DNA from: a virus
Taxonomy: Duplodnaviria > Heunggongvirae > Uroviricota > Caudoviricetes
Reading direction: 5' to 3' (one strand)
Virus record (IMG/VR): IMGVR_UViG_2660238269_000006
DNA length: 47,498 bases
Within the stretch, counting starts at the first letter, position 1, and each line of letters opens with the position of its first letter. The notes beneath the pieces are model-generated. The model was not told the DNA's origin, did no database searches, and was given only the letters and a program-made list of their open reading frames with translations. Position numbers and translations under genes: made by a program. Positions 1 through 9,526 of this stretch are shown in pieces.

Positions 1-1019
1 CTACTTGCTGACCACAAGTGGCAAATCCAGTGTCGGCGTGATTTTTGTTTTACGATCATAAATCAACACCTGATTTTCTGTTTTATGTCCACTGAAAATC
101 TGTTTGTCGCGACTGCTTCCTTCGTAATCTGATATTCCTTTGGCTTTTATGTCATGGAAATTGCACCCAAACGGGACGCCGGATTTTTTCTCGGCTGCGT
201 GTTTAGCCTGGTTCCACCAGTTGTTTAGCGTTTTAGCTATGACCTTCCCGCCCTTGGTTGTGTTGATCACATATTCACATGTGCCTGAAGATACATTTCT
301 GGCTAACTGGATCGCGGTTCGTAATCGTGGAGACCATTCCTTGATTTGTTTGGTGCCGGTCTTGTTTTGCTCAATGTAGATTCCTTTATCCATAATATCC
401 TGCCATTTCAGCTCGAGCACATCACCGAGTCTTGCCGCACAAAGATAGGATATCTCCATTGCAATGCGTAACTGTGGTATTGCTTCCGCATATATCGCCG
501 CATACTGTTCATCTGTGATGTAAACAGTGCGGGCTTTAAGCGTAAATTTCCTGACTCCTTTGCATGGGTTATTCTTCACATATCCACGCTCATATCCCCA
601 CCCGTATACACGACTGAGACTTGCCAGTTCATGGTTTGCCTGGGTCTTGCTCTCAATCCCCCGTTTATCCATGAAAATTCTTACCTGCTCAATTTTTACA
701 TTATCAGCCAGTACTTTTCCGAAGACTGCCAGTAACGCCCTCTGATGTTGCCGATAATCTTTTTGGGTTCTGGGGCCAGTTCTGTAAATGCGGGGGAATC
801 CATAAACATGTGCCATAATTTAGCGACGGTCATTATGTTGTGGCGTTTTGCTTTTTCCAGTTCATAATTCTGCCAGACTTTAGCTATGCTGGTTTCCCGC
901 ACTCTTCCTAGCCCTATAGTTTTTGTGCTTCCTTCGGGTTTCCATACGTAACTGTAACCATTCGATCTAACACGTGGCGGTAGTGCATTATCTTTTTTGT
1001 TTTTTCTTGGTCTTCCCAT
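1..1019 (-). pseudogene. int: Tyrosine integrase (lambda Int family), split into two ORFs by an apparent 1-nt frameshift
   Basis: ORFs 696..1019 (N-terminal, MGRPRKNKK...) and 1..816 (C-terminal catalytic part) are in different frames; the join implied by the translations lies at the GGGG run at 772-775. Stop codon at 1-3. Confidence 0.75.
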
Positions 1020-1239
1020 TGTTCAGCGCCTCAAAATCGGGGTCAGCAGAAACCAGTTCAGATACTTTCGGTATCGCAGTCAGTCCGCGCGGGACATCAC
1101 TGCGAAGAACTATTGGTTCGTTTTTAGGACCGGGTACAAATGGGATACCGTGCAACCTTAACTGTTGTTGCTGTTTTGTATACCGTTCGTATCTCGTGAT
1201 CTCTTGAATTTCTGCTGGCGATAGAGTTAATTCGTACAT
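988..1239 (-). CDS. Excisionase-like small basic protein
   Basis: 83-aa ORF directly upstream of and overlapping the integrase start, with a basic C-terminus (NGKTKKKQKR) like lambda Xis; position-based call. Confidence 0.45.
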   Translation of the reverse strand: MYELTLSPAEIQEITRYERYTKQQQQLRLHGIPFVPGPKNEPIVLRSDVPRGLTAIPKVSELVSADPDFEALNNGKTKKKQKR

Positions 1240-1305
1240 GTGGTCACGTGCCTTACAGCATGACCGCCGCCACTATAGCTTGTGGGCGGCGATATGGGTT
1301 GAACA

Positions 1306-3744
1306 TTAAAAATCAGCCTGATTCGGGAACAGTTTTTGCCAGATAGCTGAAACGTATTTTGCCTGGTAACGCGCATCGTGCAGGGCATTATGGCGTTCAC
1401 CCTCAAATGTGATGACACTTCGAGCATCGAAATCCATCACCAGCCCCAGGGCAACAATCGTTCTTACATCACGATCATTGGTGTAACGCCACGGGCAGGG
1501 GATCTCCTGCCGTTCATATGAACGGCGTAAAATCACGTTGTCGAAGTTGGCTCCATTTCCCCAGACCTGAACAAAAAACTCACCGGAGTTTTCGTCTATA
1601 AATTCCCGTAATTGTAAAAGCGCATCATCAAGCGGTATTCGATCAGCTAAAATGGCGGCACGGGCTTCGCCAGAGCGTTGAAGCCACCATTCGATGGTGC
1701 TTATGTCTACAGTGCCGCCACATGTACCCATATCAATTATTTTGCTGAATTCAGGCCCCTGCTCTCCGGTTTGTGGATCGAAAAATACAGCGCCTATTGA
1801 GGCTATTGGTGCGTCAGGATTTTTGCCCATTGTTTCAAGGTCAATCATCAGATGGTGCCACAACCTGCTGGTGGATGTGATTTCACGATGACCGTTCACC
1901 TTAATTAAGGGATTTGCTGTCTCTCCTGTTTCATTATTGCCATTGGCATGTTGATCGCCTTCGGTGCACTCCTTGTTCGGGAGTCCGGCACTTTCCATTT
2001 CCTCCGGATCTTTTTCCCGGGCTTCATCCTGGCTTTCTTCGTTGAATGTCTCCTGGTAGGTTGCGTCCCCCATCACTGCGCCACAATCAGGGCAGTTACC
2101 ACCACCAGTCTGATTGCATGCGGTACAAACTTTTTCCTCTTCCTGTTGCACTACTGGTTCAGGTTGTTTCGTTTCTGGCTCGTTTTGTAACGCATTTGGG
2201 CTGTTTTGTTCCGCTTTCTGACCGTTCTGTTCCGTTTCTTGCTGGTTCTGGTTCACAGAATCGCAGGTTTCAATCCCCTTAACCCATTTCGAATCATTCG
2301 GGTCGCTAATCCCTTCAACAAACTCACCACGAGAAGCGGCAAGCAATTTGTCGGCATCTGGTCGACTGATGTCTGCTGCCTCCATAATTTTATTTACTTC
2401 TTCAGCAGTAACTTTTACCTGTGACTTGTCATCCAGCGGCTGCGGGTCCTGATGATGTTCAACTGTATCCGCTGCCATTGTTTCAGCCGTTGCCTGTTCA
2501 TCTGCCATTGCGCCAGATGGTTGCGGGTTTTCTTCATCATTTTTTTCTTCTTCTGTTTTGCACTCAGCAGCCAGTCCGCCGTTAATTTCTTCCAGGATAT
2601 CTTTTTCCGGTGTATGCCGGGCAGCCATGAGCGTTTCAGCTGTGGGATTCTCGTGATCAGTTTCTGTCAGGTTGGCATTGATATACCCCTGAAGGCGTCC
2701 CGGGTAGTGATAAAACTCAGGGTGGGCGCTCCGGATAAGTGCAAAAATAGCTGCGCGGGAATAGTCCAGGATACCAGGGGTTGCGCGAAGTGCTGCGGAC
2801 CATTCCCTGAACGGACTTTCTTTTTTCAGGACGATTTCTTTTGCGCGACGATAAACGCTCACGGGTATTTCATAAATATTAAAATCCATCGGAAGTGTGG
2901 CTGCTGCAGCCTCCACATCCAGAGTATCGAGGGTGTGTACTAAGTCAGGATTACGATCGGTTTTATTTCCGCCACCGGCATTTGCACCGGAAGCCGTGCG
3001 GGTGATGCGAGAAACACGATTTCCTTTCATCCACTCTTTTGTCAGCAGACCTCGATCGGTATAGTCAGCGTCCAGGTATGCTTCGAAAAAAGCAGTCATT
3101 AACCCCAGACTGGAATTAACGGGATTAGGGAAAACTTTGTCTGTGTCGCGTACCAGTTTGTGAAGGTCGCGAATCTCCAGCGGGTCGAGCAGCTTTGTGT
3201 TGTGGGAAATAGCCAGGGCAGTAACAGCCGGCAGTTCTTCAGCTCGTGCGATATGTAATGCCTGAAGTTCTTCCCGTGAAACGTGCGTTACCGGTTTTTC
3301 GCTGCCATGTTGCGCAAGCCAGCGAATGGGCAGTTCCTGACCGGAAATCGGCAGGAGCATATTATCCTCAATCTCAGCCATGTCTTCGCCATTGACGTTG
3401 GTATTGTCAGTGCTGGCTGGTTTGTCCTGAACTGAGGGGGAAGGCGCTATAAATATCATTGTGATGCCATCTTCCCCGCCTTTTTCATAGCGGTTGCAGA
3501 ATTCGGTATCAAACACGCCTTCCGGTGGAAGGTCATTCACAACGGGGAAATGGACGCGGACAGGTTTTTTGAAATCATCAGCGTCGTAGCCTGCCTCGTC
3601 CATTGCAACAACGCACCGTGAGATGGCAACAGATAATTTTTTTGCTGTAGTCCAGTAAAAACCTCCTTTAATCCCAAGGCGTTTTCTGACCTTGTCATTT
3701 TTTGCTTCGCAATATAGCGAAAATTCTTCTTTATCAGTGCTCAT
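1306..3744 (-). CDS. Large prophage exonuclease (812 aa) with a C-terminal DEDDh-type 3'-5' exonuclease domain
   Basis: C-terminal motifs [20 protein letters not shown] and [13 protein letters not shown] match DnaQ-like Exo I/II/III motifs; the N-terminal part is acidic with a CxxC...CxxC cluster. It sits where exo/recE lies in Rac-like prophages. Confidence 0.6.
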   Translation of the reverse strand: MSTDKEEFSLYCEAKNDKVRKRLGIKGGFYWTTAKKLSVAISRCVVAMDEAGYDADDFKKPVRVHFPVVNDLPPEGVFDTEFCNRYEKGGEDGITMIFIAPSPSVQDKPASTDNTNVNGEDMAEIEDNMLLPISGQELPIRWLAQHGSEKPVTHVSREELQALHIARAEELPAVTALAISHNTKLLDPLEIRDLHKLVRDTDKVFPNPVNSSLGLMTAFFEAYLDADYTDRGLLTKEWMKGNRVSRITRTASGANAGGGNKTDRNPDLVHTLDTLDVEAAAATLPMDFNIYEIPVSVYRRAKEIVLKKESPFREWSAALRATPGILDYSRAAIFALIRSAHPEFYHYPGRLQGYINANLTETDHENPTAETLMAARHTPEKDILEEINGGLAAECKTEEEKNDEENPQPSGAMADEQATAETMAADTVEHHQDPQPLDDKSQVKVTAEEVNKIMEAADISRPDADKLLAASRGEFVEGISDPNDSKWVKGIETCDSVNQNQQETEQNGQKAEQNSPNALQNEPETKQPEPVVQQEEEKVCTACNQTGGGNCPDCGAVMGDATYQETFNEESQDEAREKDPEEMESAGLPNKECTEGDQHANGNNETGETANPLIKVNGHREITSTSRLWHHLMIDLETMGKNPDAPIASIGAVFFDPQTGEQGPEFSKIIDMGTCGGTVDISTIEWWLQRSGEARAAILADRIPLDDALLQLREFIDENSGEFFVQVWGNGANFDNVILRRSYERQEIPCPWRYTNDRDVRTIVALGLVMDFDARSVITFEGERHNALHDARYQAKYVSAIWQKLFPNQADF

Positions 3745-3836
3745 GGATAAACCTCATAACTATTTTAAGGTTGTACGAACCCCTGCCATTGCTGGCATGC
3801 TTAATCAACGGGTATGGCGTTAATATGGCTGGTGGA

Positions 3837-4025
3837 TTATCCAGCCGGTATTTCGTTATTCAGGTACAGCGATACTTTTTTTAACGGGAGGCATTCGCCA
3901 GAAATTTTTTGCTCGTCTCTTGCACGGAGGCATGATTCTTTACTGGCATAAATTCCGGTAATCACATTCTGTGGCTCACCCGTTATAAGAAAAACCGTCA
4001 TCACCAGTGCAAATGCAGAAGTCAC
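3837..4025 (-). CDS. Hypothetical small protein (62 aa) with hydrophobic N-terminus
   Basis: ORF with start overlapping the stop of the upstream ORF (ATGA at 4022-4025); AT-rich; no recognisable family. Confidence 0.35.
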   Translation of the reverse strand: MTSAFALVMTVFLITGEPQNVITGIYASKESCLRARDEQKISGECLPLKKVSLYLNNEIPAG

Positions 4026-4210
4026 TGCTGCCCTCCGAAAATACCAAGTTTAAGAAGGGCAATTCTGGAGAGTATGGAATTATCATTGAGAAGATAAGGC
4101 TCATATTTTCTCATCTTAATGGCATCTTCAGTAAACTCCCGGTTACTGAGCAGAATACCAATATCAAAACACCCTTCAGACGTATTAACGTTTGGTAATA
4201 ACGTTTCCAT
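4022..4210 (-). CDS. Hypothetical small protein (62 aa)
   Basis: ORF immediately downstream of the Rha gene, translationally coupled to 3837..4025; no recognisable family. Confidence 0.35.
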   Translation of the reverse strand: METLLPNVNTSEGCFDIGILLSNREFTEDAIKMRKYEPYLLNDNSILSRIALLKLGIFGGQQ

Positions 4211-4220
4211 TATCGCGTCC

Positions 4221-4805
4221 TCAACAATGAATTTTTAGTAATTGCTCCACAGTCATATTTTTAATTGCGCTCCGGTTTACAAGAGTCCAGCCTTGTTTCT
4301 CCAGATAAAACTGGAAGGTATCCAGGGTGCAGACCATTGCACCATCAGGAACGGTTTCAGTGAATTTGATATTGCCGTGTTCGTCGAGACGGATAACCAG
4401 GGTACGTCCGTCCCCGTGAATCATTTTGTCGGGAGACGGGGCGTTATTCTGGCGCAGTTCTTTCTCCATGCGATCGAACTCAGCGATGTAGGCTTCTTTA
4501 AATGCAGCGGCTTTTTTGCCGGTGAAGCCCATCACCAGGAAAACGAAGCCGTTTTTGGTGATTTGGTACATAGGGAGTTTGCGCCCGGTTGAGTCGGTAT
4601 ATTCACTGGGCGAAAAATTTCGCTCAGTGAATTCTGCTGAACAGTCTAGACGTGAAATTTTTGCCAGTACATCTTTGTGTGGTTTCCGGAAATACTCGGC
4701 AACAGCTAAAGAGGATGTAACAGCACGCCCATTGGCGATAGTAATTTCAGGGTGAGAAAGGGCAGGGATAGTAGCCATGATGGCAGCCTCCATGATGAAT
4801 TTCAT
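4221..4805 (-). CDS. Rha-family phage regulatory protein
   Basis: Rha-like N-terminal motif ITIANGRAVTSSLAVAEYFRKPHKDVLAKI. The ORF is open up to 5072, but the likely start is the ATG at 4803-4805 (MKFIMEAAIMATIP...). Confidence 0.55.
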   Translation of the reverse strand: MKFIMEAAIMATIPALSHPEITIANGRAVTSSLAVAEYFRKPHKDVLAKISRLDCSAEFTERNFSPSEYTDSTGRKLPMYQITKNGFVFLVMGFTGKKAAAFKEAYIAEFDRMEKELRQNNAPSPDKMIHGDGRTLVIRLDEHGNIKFTETVPDGAMVCTLDTFQFYLEKQGWTLVNRSAIKNMTVEQLLKIHC

Positions 4806-5590
4806 TAACTCACCACCGGAGGTAGCAATCTCATGGGTGGTGAGACGCACAGGGTTGCTACAACCGGTCATCATGGAACCCGGCCAGCCTTGCGGCTGCC
4901 CTGCACGCCCCACCATAATCTGAATGTGGCTGTGCATTACGCATAAAAAAACCGCCTGAGCGCGGTTATGCGCCATGATGAACATCGGGGTAGCAATCCC
5001 GGCACCCGCTTTATGAGGTGCAGGTGCACTATAATTCCACCCGTTCTGGTTTTCAATAGCTACATTCAACATTTTCTCTTACCTTTCATCACCGAAGTGA
5101 ACTTTGTCGATGCAGTGCCTGGTGCCTCCAGGTGACGTTAACCAGTTAACAATTAACGCCGGAATACAGAAGTATGCCCGTTACGCCCCGTAAAAGACCA
5201 CTTTACGGTTTTAACTGTTCCGCGTGCGCTTAGCCGCATTCACCGCATCACAAAATTCACTTTAAAAAGGGCGGACATCAGAAAGCTAATAAACTGATGC
5301 CGCCAAAGGTACCACTGCCATTGAAACATGGAGATGTTGTGGCGGGGTTGTCACTCAGGCATATGGTCAACCTGACAACCCGGTGTCCTCAATGAGGGGA
5401 AAAGAAATAAAAACCCCCAGCCATATTTACCGCCGCGCCATTTCGCGGATTGCCACAACCGGAAGCACACGGTCGAAGAAATCTAACGACAAGCCTTCTA
5501 AGGAAAAGACGCCTTCGCCGTGTGCTTTCTGTTGTGCCCTGACTTTTCAGGGTAAATTAACCAGTGGCAACCTGTTTTTACTGGTGCTAA

Positions 5591-5743
5591 TCAGTTAGTG
5601 TTTCTGGCTAACCAGCGACGCGCGCCAGCTTCGGTTTTAAACTTTTTACTTTTGGTATACGTCATCGCGGTAAACGTGCCGTCCTGGTTAGGGAACACAC
5701 CGCATACCAGAGATTCGTTGTTGCCAAGATTGAGCGTATCCAT
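5591..5743 (-). CDS. YdaF-like small protein
   Basis: MDTLNLGNNESLVCGVFPNQDGTFTAMTYTKSKKFKTEAGARRWLARNTN resembles the Rac prophage YdaF family as I recall it; RBS GAGG upstream of the ATG at 5741-5743. Confidence 0.5.
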   Translation of the reverse strand: MDTLNLGNNESLVCGVFPNQDGTFTAMTYTKSKKFKTEAGARRWLARNTN

Positions 5744-5920
5744 GTTGACCTCATTTCCCCTTAACGCCGGGGTAGCGGAACAAAAAACCTGCTGCATAGT
5801 TAAACGTAATCCCCGCCGTCATGTTCATACGCCTCAGGCTGGCTACTTAACCCCTGACCACTGCCGGGTAACTCGAAGTATTGCCCTGCGTTCTGTGGGG
5901 CGGGGTGGGTTTATGGATAC

Positions 5921-6017
5921 AATTTACAAATTAAAATTTAACTGGTCAACATGTTTATTATTAAATTTGTAATTGCGAGCTGTTGCATCAGTCCCAAAAT
6001 GGGACTACTATACAGTT
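5921..6017 (+). promoter_or_regulatory. higBA promoter/operator region with inverted repeat TTACAAAT...ATTTGTAA
   Basis: Inverted half-sites ttacaaatt (5924-5932) and aatttgtaa (5964-5972) with AAATTT-rich spacer directly upstream of higB. Confidence 0.4.
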
Positions 6018-6320
6018 ATGAAGATTATCTCAGTTAAAACACTCAGGGATTTTTGGGCGGAGAATCCTGATGCAGAACAACCGCTAAGGGCATGGGTGGA
6101 TGAGGCGGCAAAAGCTGACTGGAAAAGCCCAGCAGACATTAAGGCACAATACCGAACGGCCAGTATATTGAAAAACCGGCGCGTGGTATTCAACATAAAA
6201 GGTAATCATTACCGTTTAATTGTTGCAATTGCGTATCAGCGAGGATGGGTATTTGTTAAATTCATCGGAAACCACAAGGAATACGATGCTATTGATGCTG
6301 ATACCATCGAACTGGAGTAA
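6018..6320 (+). CDS. higB: Type II toxin HigB (RelE/ParE superfamily mRNA interferase)
   Basis: 100-aa protein MKIISVKTLRDFWAENPD...NIKGNHYRLIVAIAYQRGWVFVKFIGNHKEYD matches the HigB family pattern and is followed 3 nt later by an HTH antitoxin. Confidence 0.7.
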   Translation: MKIISVKTLRDFWAENPDAEQPLRAWVDEAAKADWKSPADIKAQYRTASILKNRRVVFNIKGNHYRLIVAIAYQRGWVFVKFIGNHKEYDAIDADTIELE

Positions 6321-6322
6321 GC

Positions 6323-6682
6323 ATGAACATCAAACCTATTCGTACAGAGCAAGATTATGAAGCCGCGTTGCGTGCTGTTGAACCCATGTTCGACAATGAG
6401 CCCGAAATTGACACGCCTGAGGGGGATTTTTTTGAGGTGATGTGTTTGCTAATAGAGGAATATGAAAAAAAACATTATCCCATTGAGCCACCATCCCCAA
6501 TTGAAGCTATAAGATTTCGCATGGAACAGCAGGGGCTGACTGTGAAAGATTTGGAACCCGCAATTGGGAAAAAAAATCGGGTTTATGAGGTGTTGAATGG
6601 TACCAGAAGCCTTACGTTACCAATGATTCGCCGTCTTCATAATCAATTTGGTATCCCCCTGGAAAGCCTGGTTGGATTATAA
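6323..6682 (+). CDS. higA: Antitoxin HigA (HTH-XRE)
   Basis: C-terminal HTH (LTVKDLEPAIGKKNRVYEVLNGTRSLTLPMIRRLHNQFGIPLESL) typical of HigA; gene order toxin then antitoxin is the HigBA arrangement. Confidence 0.7.
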   Translation: MNIKPIRTEQDYEAALRAVEPMFDNEPEIDTPEGDFFEVMCLLIEEYEKKHYPIEPPSPIEAIRFRMEQQGLTVKDLEPAIGKKNRVYEVLNGTRSLTLPMIRRLHNQFGIPLESLVGL

Positions 6683-6728
6683 AATCTGCTAGTCATTTGC
6701 CTGATGCTCGTTCCAGAAAAGGAATGCA

Positions 6729-7121
6729 TCAGGCAGTTTTGTTTTTCTGCCGCAGTAACTCTTCAAGTTTCCGTTTATAGAAATCGCGTTTTTGCTCCAT
6801 ATCACGAATGATCTGCTCTGCGTCGCTTTGAGGTAACTCATCTAAAAGCGATATGATTTTTCGTTGTTGTTCTGTAAGTTGCGGTTGGTTGTCATTACTG
6901 GATACAGCCATTTTATCGCCGAGAGTTTCTTCTTCCATAAAGAACCAATGGACGGGATGTTGTGAGAGCTCTGCTAATTTTTCCAGTTTATCCATTCTTG
7001 GCATCACGCCTTTCAACCAACCTTGCACGGATTGGGGTTTTACACCAAGACGTCTTCCCAGCTCTGACTGGTTTATATTCAATTCCTGCAACACCTGCTG
7101 AAGGCGTTTTACAAAGATCAT
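6729..7121 (-). CDS. CI-like prophage repressor (HTH-XRE, no peptidase domain)
   Basis: HTH motif NQSELGRRLGVKPQSVQGWLKG; divergently transcribed from a Cro-like gene across an operator-rich intergenic region. ATG at 7119-7121; the ORF track extends to the GTG at 7127. Confidence 0.65.
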   Translation of the reverse strand: MIFVKRLQQVLQELNINQSELGRRLGVKPQSVQGWLKGVMPRMDKLEKLAELSQHPVHWFFMEEETLGDKMAVSSNDNQPQLTEQQRKIISLLDELPQSDAEQIIRDMEQKRDFYKRKLEELLRQKNKTA

Positions 7122-7127
7122 CACCAC

Positions 7128-7247
7128 CCCTCGTAAACTAGTTCCGCGATCCTACAGAAAAAATTGATAAGTGGCATTACAAATAGAAGTTGAAATTTAA
7201 ATTTAAATTTGTAATCATCGGTGTCATCGTAAAGTTCGGAGGGAAAC
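7128..7247. promoter_or_regulatory. Immunity switch: divergent promoter/operator region
   Basis: Inverted repeat attacaaat (7176-7184) / atttgtaat (7207-7215) flanking three tandem AAATTT repeats, between the divergent repressor and Cro-like genes. Confidence 0.5.
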
Positions 7248-7508
7248 ATGCAAAAAAGTACTCAAGTGAAAATCCTGTCAATAATGAGCCAATCAGAATT
7301 AGGGCGTCGTCTTGGTAAAACACCGCAAACCATAAGTGGGTGGTTTAAAAAACGAGTGCCAGCGGAGGAGGTTATACCAGCATGTGAGGCGCTTGACTGG
7401 GGAGTAACTCCGCATGAATTGCGCCCTGATAAATACCCTAATCCAACCGATGGTTTACCTGTTGAGTATCAGGCTAACGCACAAGCAGCGGCGGGAGTTG
7501 ATTCATGA
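7248..7508 (+). CDS. Cro-like / YdaS-like HTH regulator
   Basis: HTH motif SQSELGRRLGKTPQTISGWFKK; RBS GGAGGG upstream; divergent from the repressor. Confidence 0.6.
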   Translation: MQKSTQVKILSIMSQSELGRRLGKTPQTISGWFKKRVPAEEVIPACEALDWGVTPHELRPDKYPNPTDGLPVEYQANAQAAAGVDS

Positions 7509-7942
7509 AAATCAAGCATGAGCACATCCGCATGGCGATGAATGCGTGGCTGCTTTATCCGAGGGTAGGGCGCAAAAAAATCGCTGATGATATAGCGACA
7601 GCATATTTTGAGCTTGAAATGACTTATCCACCAATGCATGACACCTCTACGACAGAGGGTATTGGATTGAATATACAAAATATTTTTCGCTGGCTTGAAA
7701 AGGATACGCCTGATGCTGTTGAAAAAATTCAGGCACTAATTCCGGCTATCCTGACTGTTCTTCCGCGTGAACTGCGTTATCACCTCAGTATTTTTGACAC
7801 TGTTGAGCGCCGTGCATTACTGGCGGCGCAGGAAGCGTTGAGCACGGCAATTGATGCACATGATGATGCTGTCCAGGCCGTTTACCGGAAAGCGTATTTC
7901 AGCGACGGCGGGTCATCCGGCGAGTCTGTTGTGGTGCATTGA
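7505..7942 (+). CDS. YdaT-like protein (Rac-type regulatory/toxin-like protein)
   Basis: Begins MKIKHEHI... and ends ...LLAAQEALSTAIDAHDDAVQAVYRKAYFSDGGSSGESVVVH, as I recall for Rac YdaT; start overlaps the Cro-like stop (ATGA). Confidence 0.55.
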   Translation: MKIKHEHIRMAMNAWLLYPRVGRKKIADDIATAYFELEMTYPPMHDTSTTEGIGLNIQNIFRWLEKDTPDAVEKIQALIPAILTVLPRELRYHLSIFDTVERRALLAAQEALSTAIDAHDDAVQAVYRKAYFSDGGSSGESVVVH

Positions 7943-8028
7943 TATTTATGCCAGCCCCCTGCTGATTCTGTTGATTGGGGAATCACAGAATATCACCAGA
8001 GGATGGTTCGTCACAAGATGAGGCAATT

Positions 8029-9039
8029 ATGGCCGCATTACCATACATGCAACTGTACATAGCTGATTACCTGGCTGACACCATGCATTTGTCCGCAGAG
8101 GAGCACGGTGCGTATTTGTTGCTGATGTTCAATTACTGGCAAACAGGGAAACCAATACCTAAAAACAGGCTGGCAAAAATTTCCCGTCTGACTAACGAGC
8201 GATGGGCTGATGTGGAACCATCCTTGCGGGAGTTTTTTTGCGATAACGGCGATGAATGGGTGCATCTTCGGATTGAGGAAGATCTGGCATCAGTCAGGGA
8301 AAAATTAACCAAAAAATCAGCCGCCGGAAAAGCATCTGTTCAGGCCAGAAGAAGCAGAAAGGAAGCATATGTTCAAACAAAACAAGAGAGAGATTTAACA
8401 GGCGTTCAAACAAATGTTGGTGTTGTGTTTGAACATGACGCAAACACAAAAGCAACTAATAAAGATACAGATCTAAAAGAATTAAACCCCACACATAACG
8501 TGCGTGAACGCGAGAGTATTCCGACCAGTGAGTCGCATGGTGCGCCGTTGCAGACAGCCGAACCTGAATACCTGGACGGCCTGAGCGAACCGATCGGGAA
8601 ATTTTCGATGACCACTGTCTGGCAGCCGTCGCCGGATTTTCGACAACGGGCAGCAGTGTGGGGTATGGCTCTGCCTGAGCCGGAATTTACACCTGCTGAG
8701 CTTGCCGCATTCCGGGATTACTGGATGGCGGAGGGGAAGGTTTTCACACAGGTTCAGTGGGAGCAGAAATTTGCCCGCCACGTGCAGCACGTCAGGGCAC
8801 AGGTAAAACCAGTCAGCAAGGGGGGAAGCCATGCAGCATCAGGTGGCACGGCATCACGGGCAATTCAGGAAATCCGGGCAGCACGCGAACAGTGGGAACG
8901 AGACAACGGATTTATCAGCAACGGAAACGGCCTGGAAGCTGTGGGAGCTTATGGGGGAGGTGTATTCGAACCGCTGGACTCAGAAGAACGGGGCCGCACC
9001 TTCGAAGCTCTGGATTGCCCAGATTGGTGCGATGACTGA
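8029..9039 (+). CDS. Replication initiation protein (DUF1376-like N-terminus plus DnaT-like C-terminal domain)
   Basis: N-terminal MAALPYMQLYIADYLADTMHLSAEEHGAYLLLMFNYWQTGKPIP; central/C-terminal WQPSPDFRQRAAVWGMALPEPEFTPAELAAFRDYW (DnaT-like). Start chosen at ATG 8029 with RBS GAGG; the ORF is open from 7975. Confidence 0.55.
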   Translation: MAALPYMQLYIADYLADTMHLSAEEHGAYLLLMFNYWQTGKPIPKNRLAKISRLTNERWADVEPSLREFFCDNGDEWVHLRIEEDLASVREKLTKKSAAGKASVQARRSRKEAYVQTKQERDLTGVQTNVGVVFEHDANTKATNKDTDLKELNPTHNVRERESIPTSESHGAPLQTAEPEYLDGLSEPIGKFSMTTVWQPSPDFRQRAAVWGMALPEPEFTPAELAAFRDYWMAEGKVFTQVQWEQKFARHVQHVRAQVKPVSKGGSHAASGGTASRAIQEIRAAREQWERDNGFISNGNGLEAVGAYGGGVFEPLDSEERGRTFEALDCPDWCDD

Positions 9040-9493
9040 ACAGCAAATCCGGCAGGTCTGTCGTCAGTGCATGGACCGCTGCCGGGCGGGTGAAACGTGG
9101 CCACCGGACCTGGCTGAGTTTGTTGCGCTGATTTCGGAGAGTGGGGCAAATCCATTTGGTCTTACGGTGGATGCCGTGATGGAAGAGTACCGGCGCTGGC
9201 GCAATGAATCCTGGCGATACGACGGGAGTGATAAATACCCGTGGCCACAGCCTGTGCTGTACCACATCTGCCTCGAAATGCGTACCAGAGGGATTGAGCG
9301 CCAGATGACGCAGGGTGAGTTAAAACGACTTGCGGAACGGCAACTGACGAAATGGGCAAAGCATGTTGGTAACGGGATGAGTGTTCCGCCAGTGCGACGA
9401 CAACTGGAAGGGGCGAAACACCCGAAAGGGCCAACGCCAATTGAATGGCTGAAACAGGAATACGAACGCCGGAAGGCAGCTGGTTTTATTTGA
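9032..9493 (+). CDS. Lambda P-like replication protein (helicase loader)
   Basis: Segment ETWPPDLAEFVALISESGANPFGLTVDAVMEEYRRWRNESWRYDGSDKYPWPQP parallels the lambda P C-terminal region; start ATGA overlaps the stop of the upstream gene. Confidence 0.55.
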   Translation: MTEQQIRQVCRQCMDRCRAGETWPPDLAEFVALISESGANPFGLTVDAVMEEYRRWRNESWRYDGSDKYPWPQPVLYHICLEMRTRGIERQMTQGELKRLAERQLTKWAKHVGNGMSVPPVRRQLEGAKHPKGPTPIEWLKQEYERRKAAGFI

Positions 9494-9526
9494 ATCTGAG
9501 AAGCGATTTTGTAGGAGGAAATTTTA

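Noticed and set aside
4806-5072. N-terminal 89-codon extension of the Rha ORF
   Set aside because: The Rha domain begins right after an internal ATG at 4803-4805, and the extension has no recognisable features, so it is treated as probable non-coding upstream sequence; this remains uncertain.
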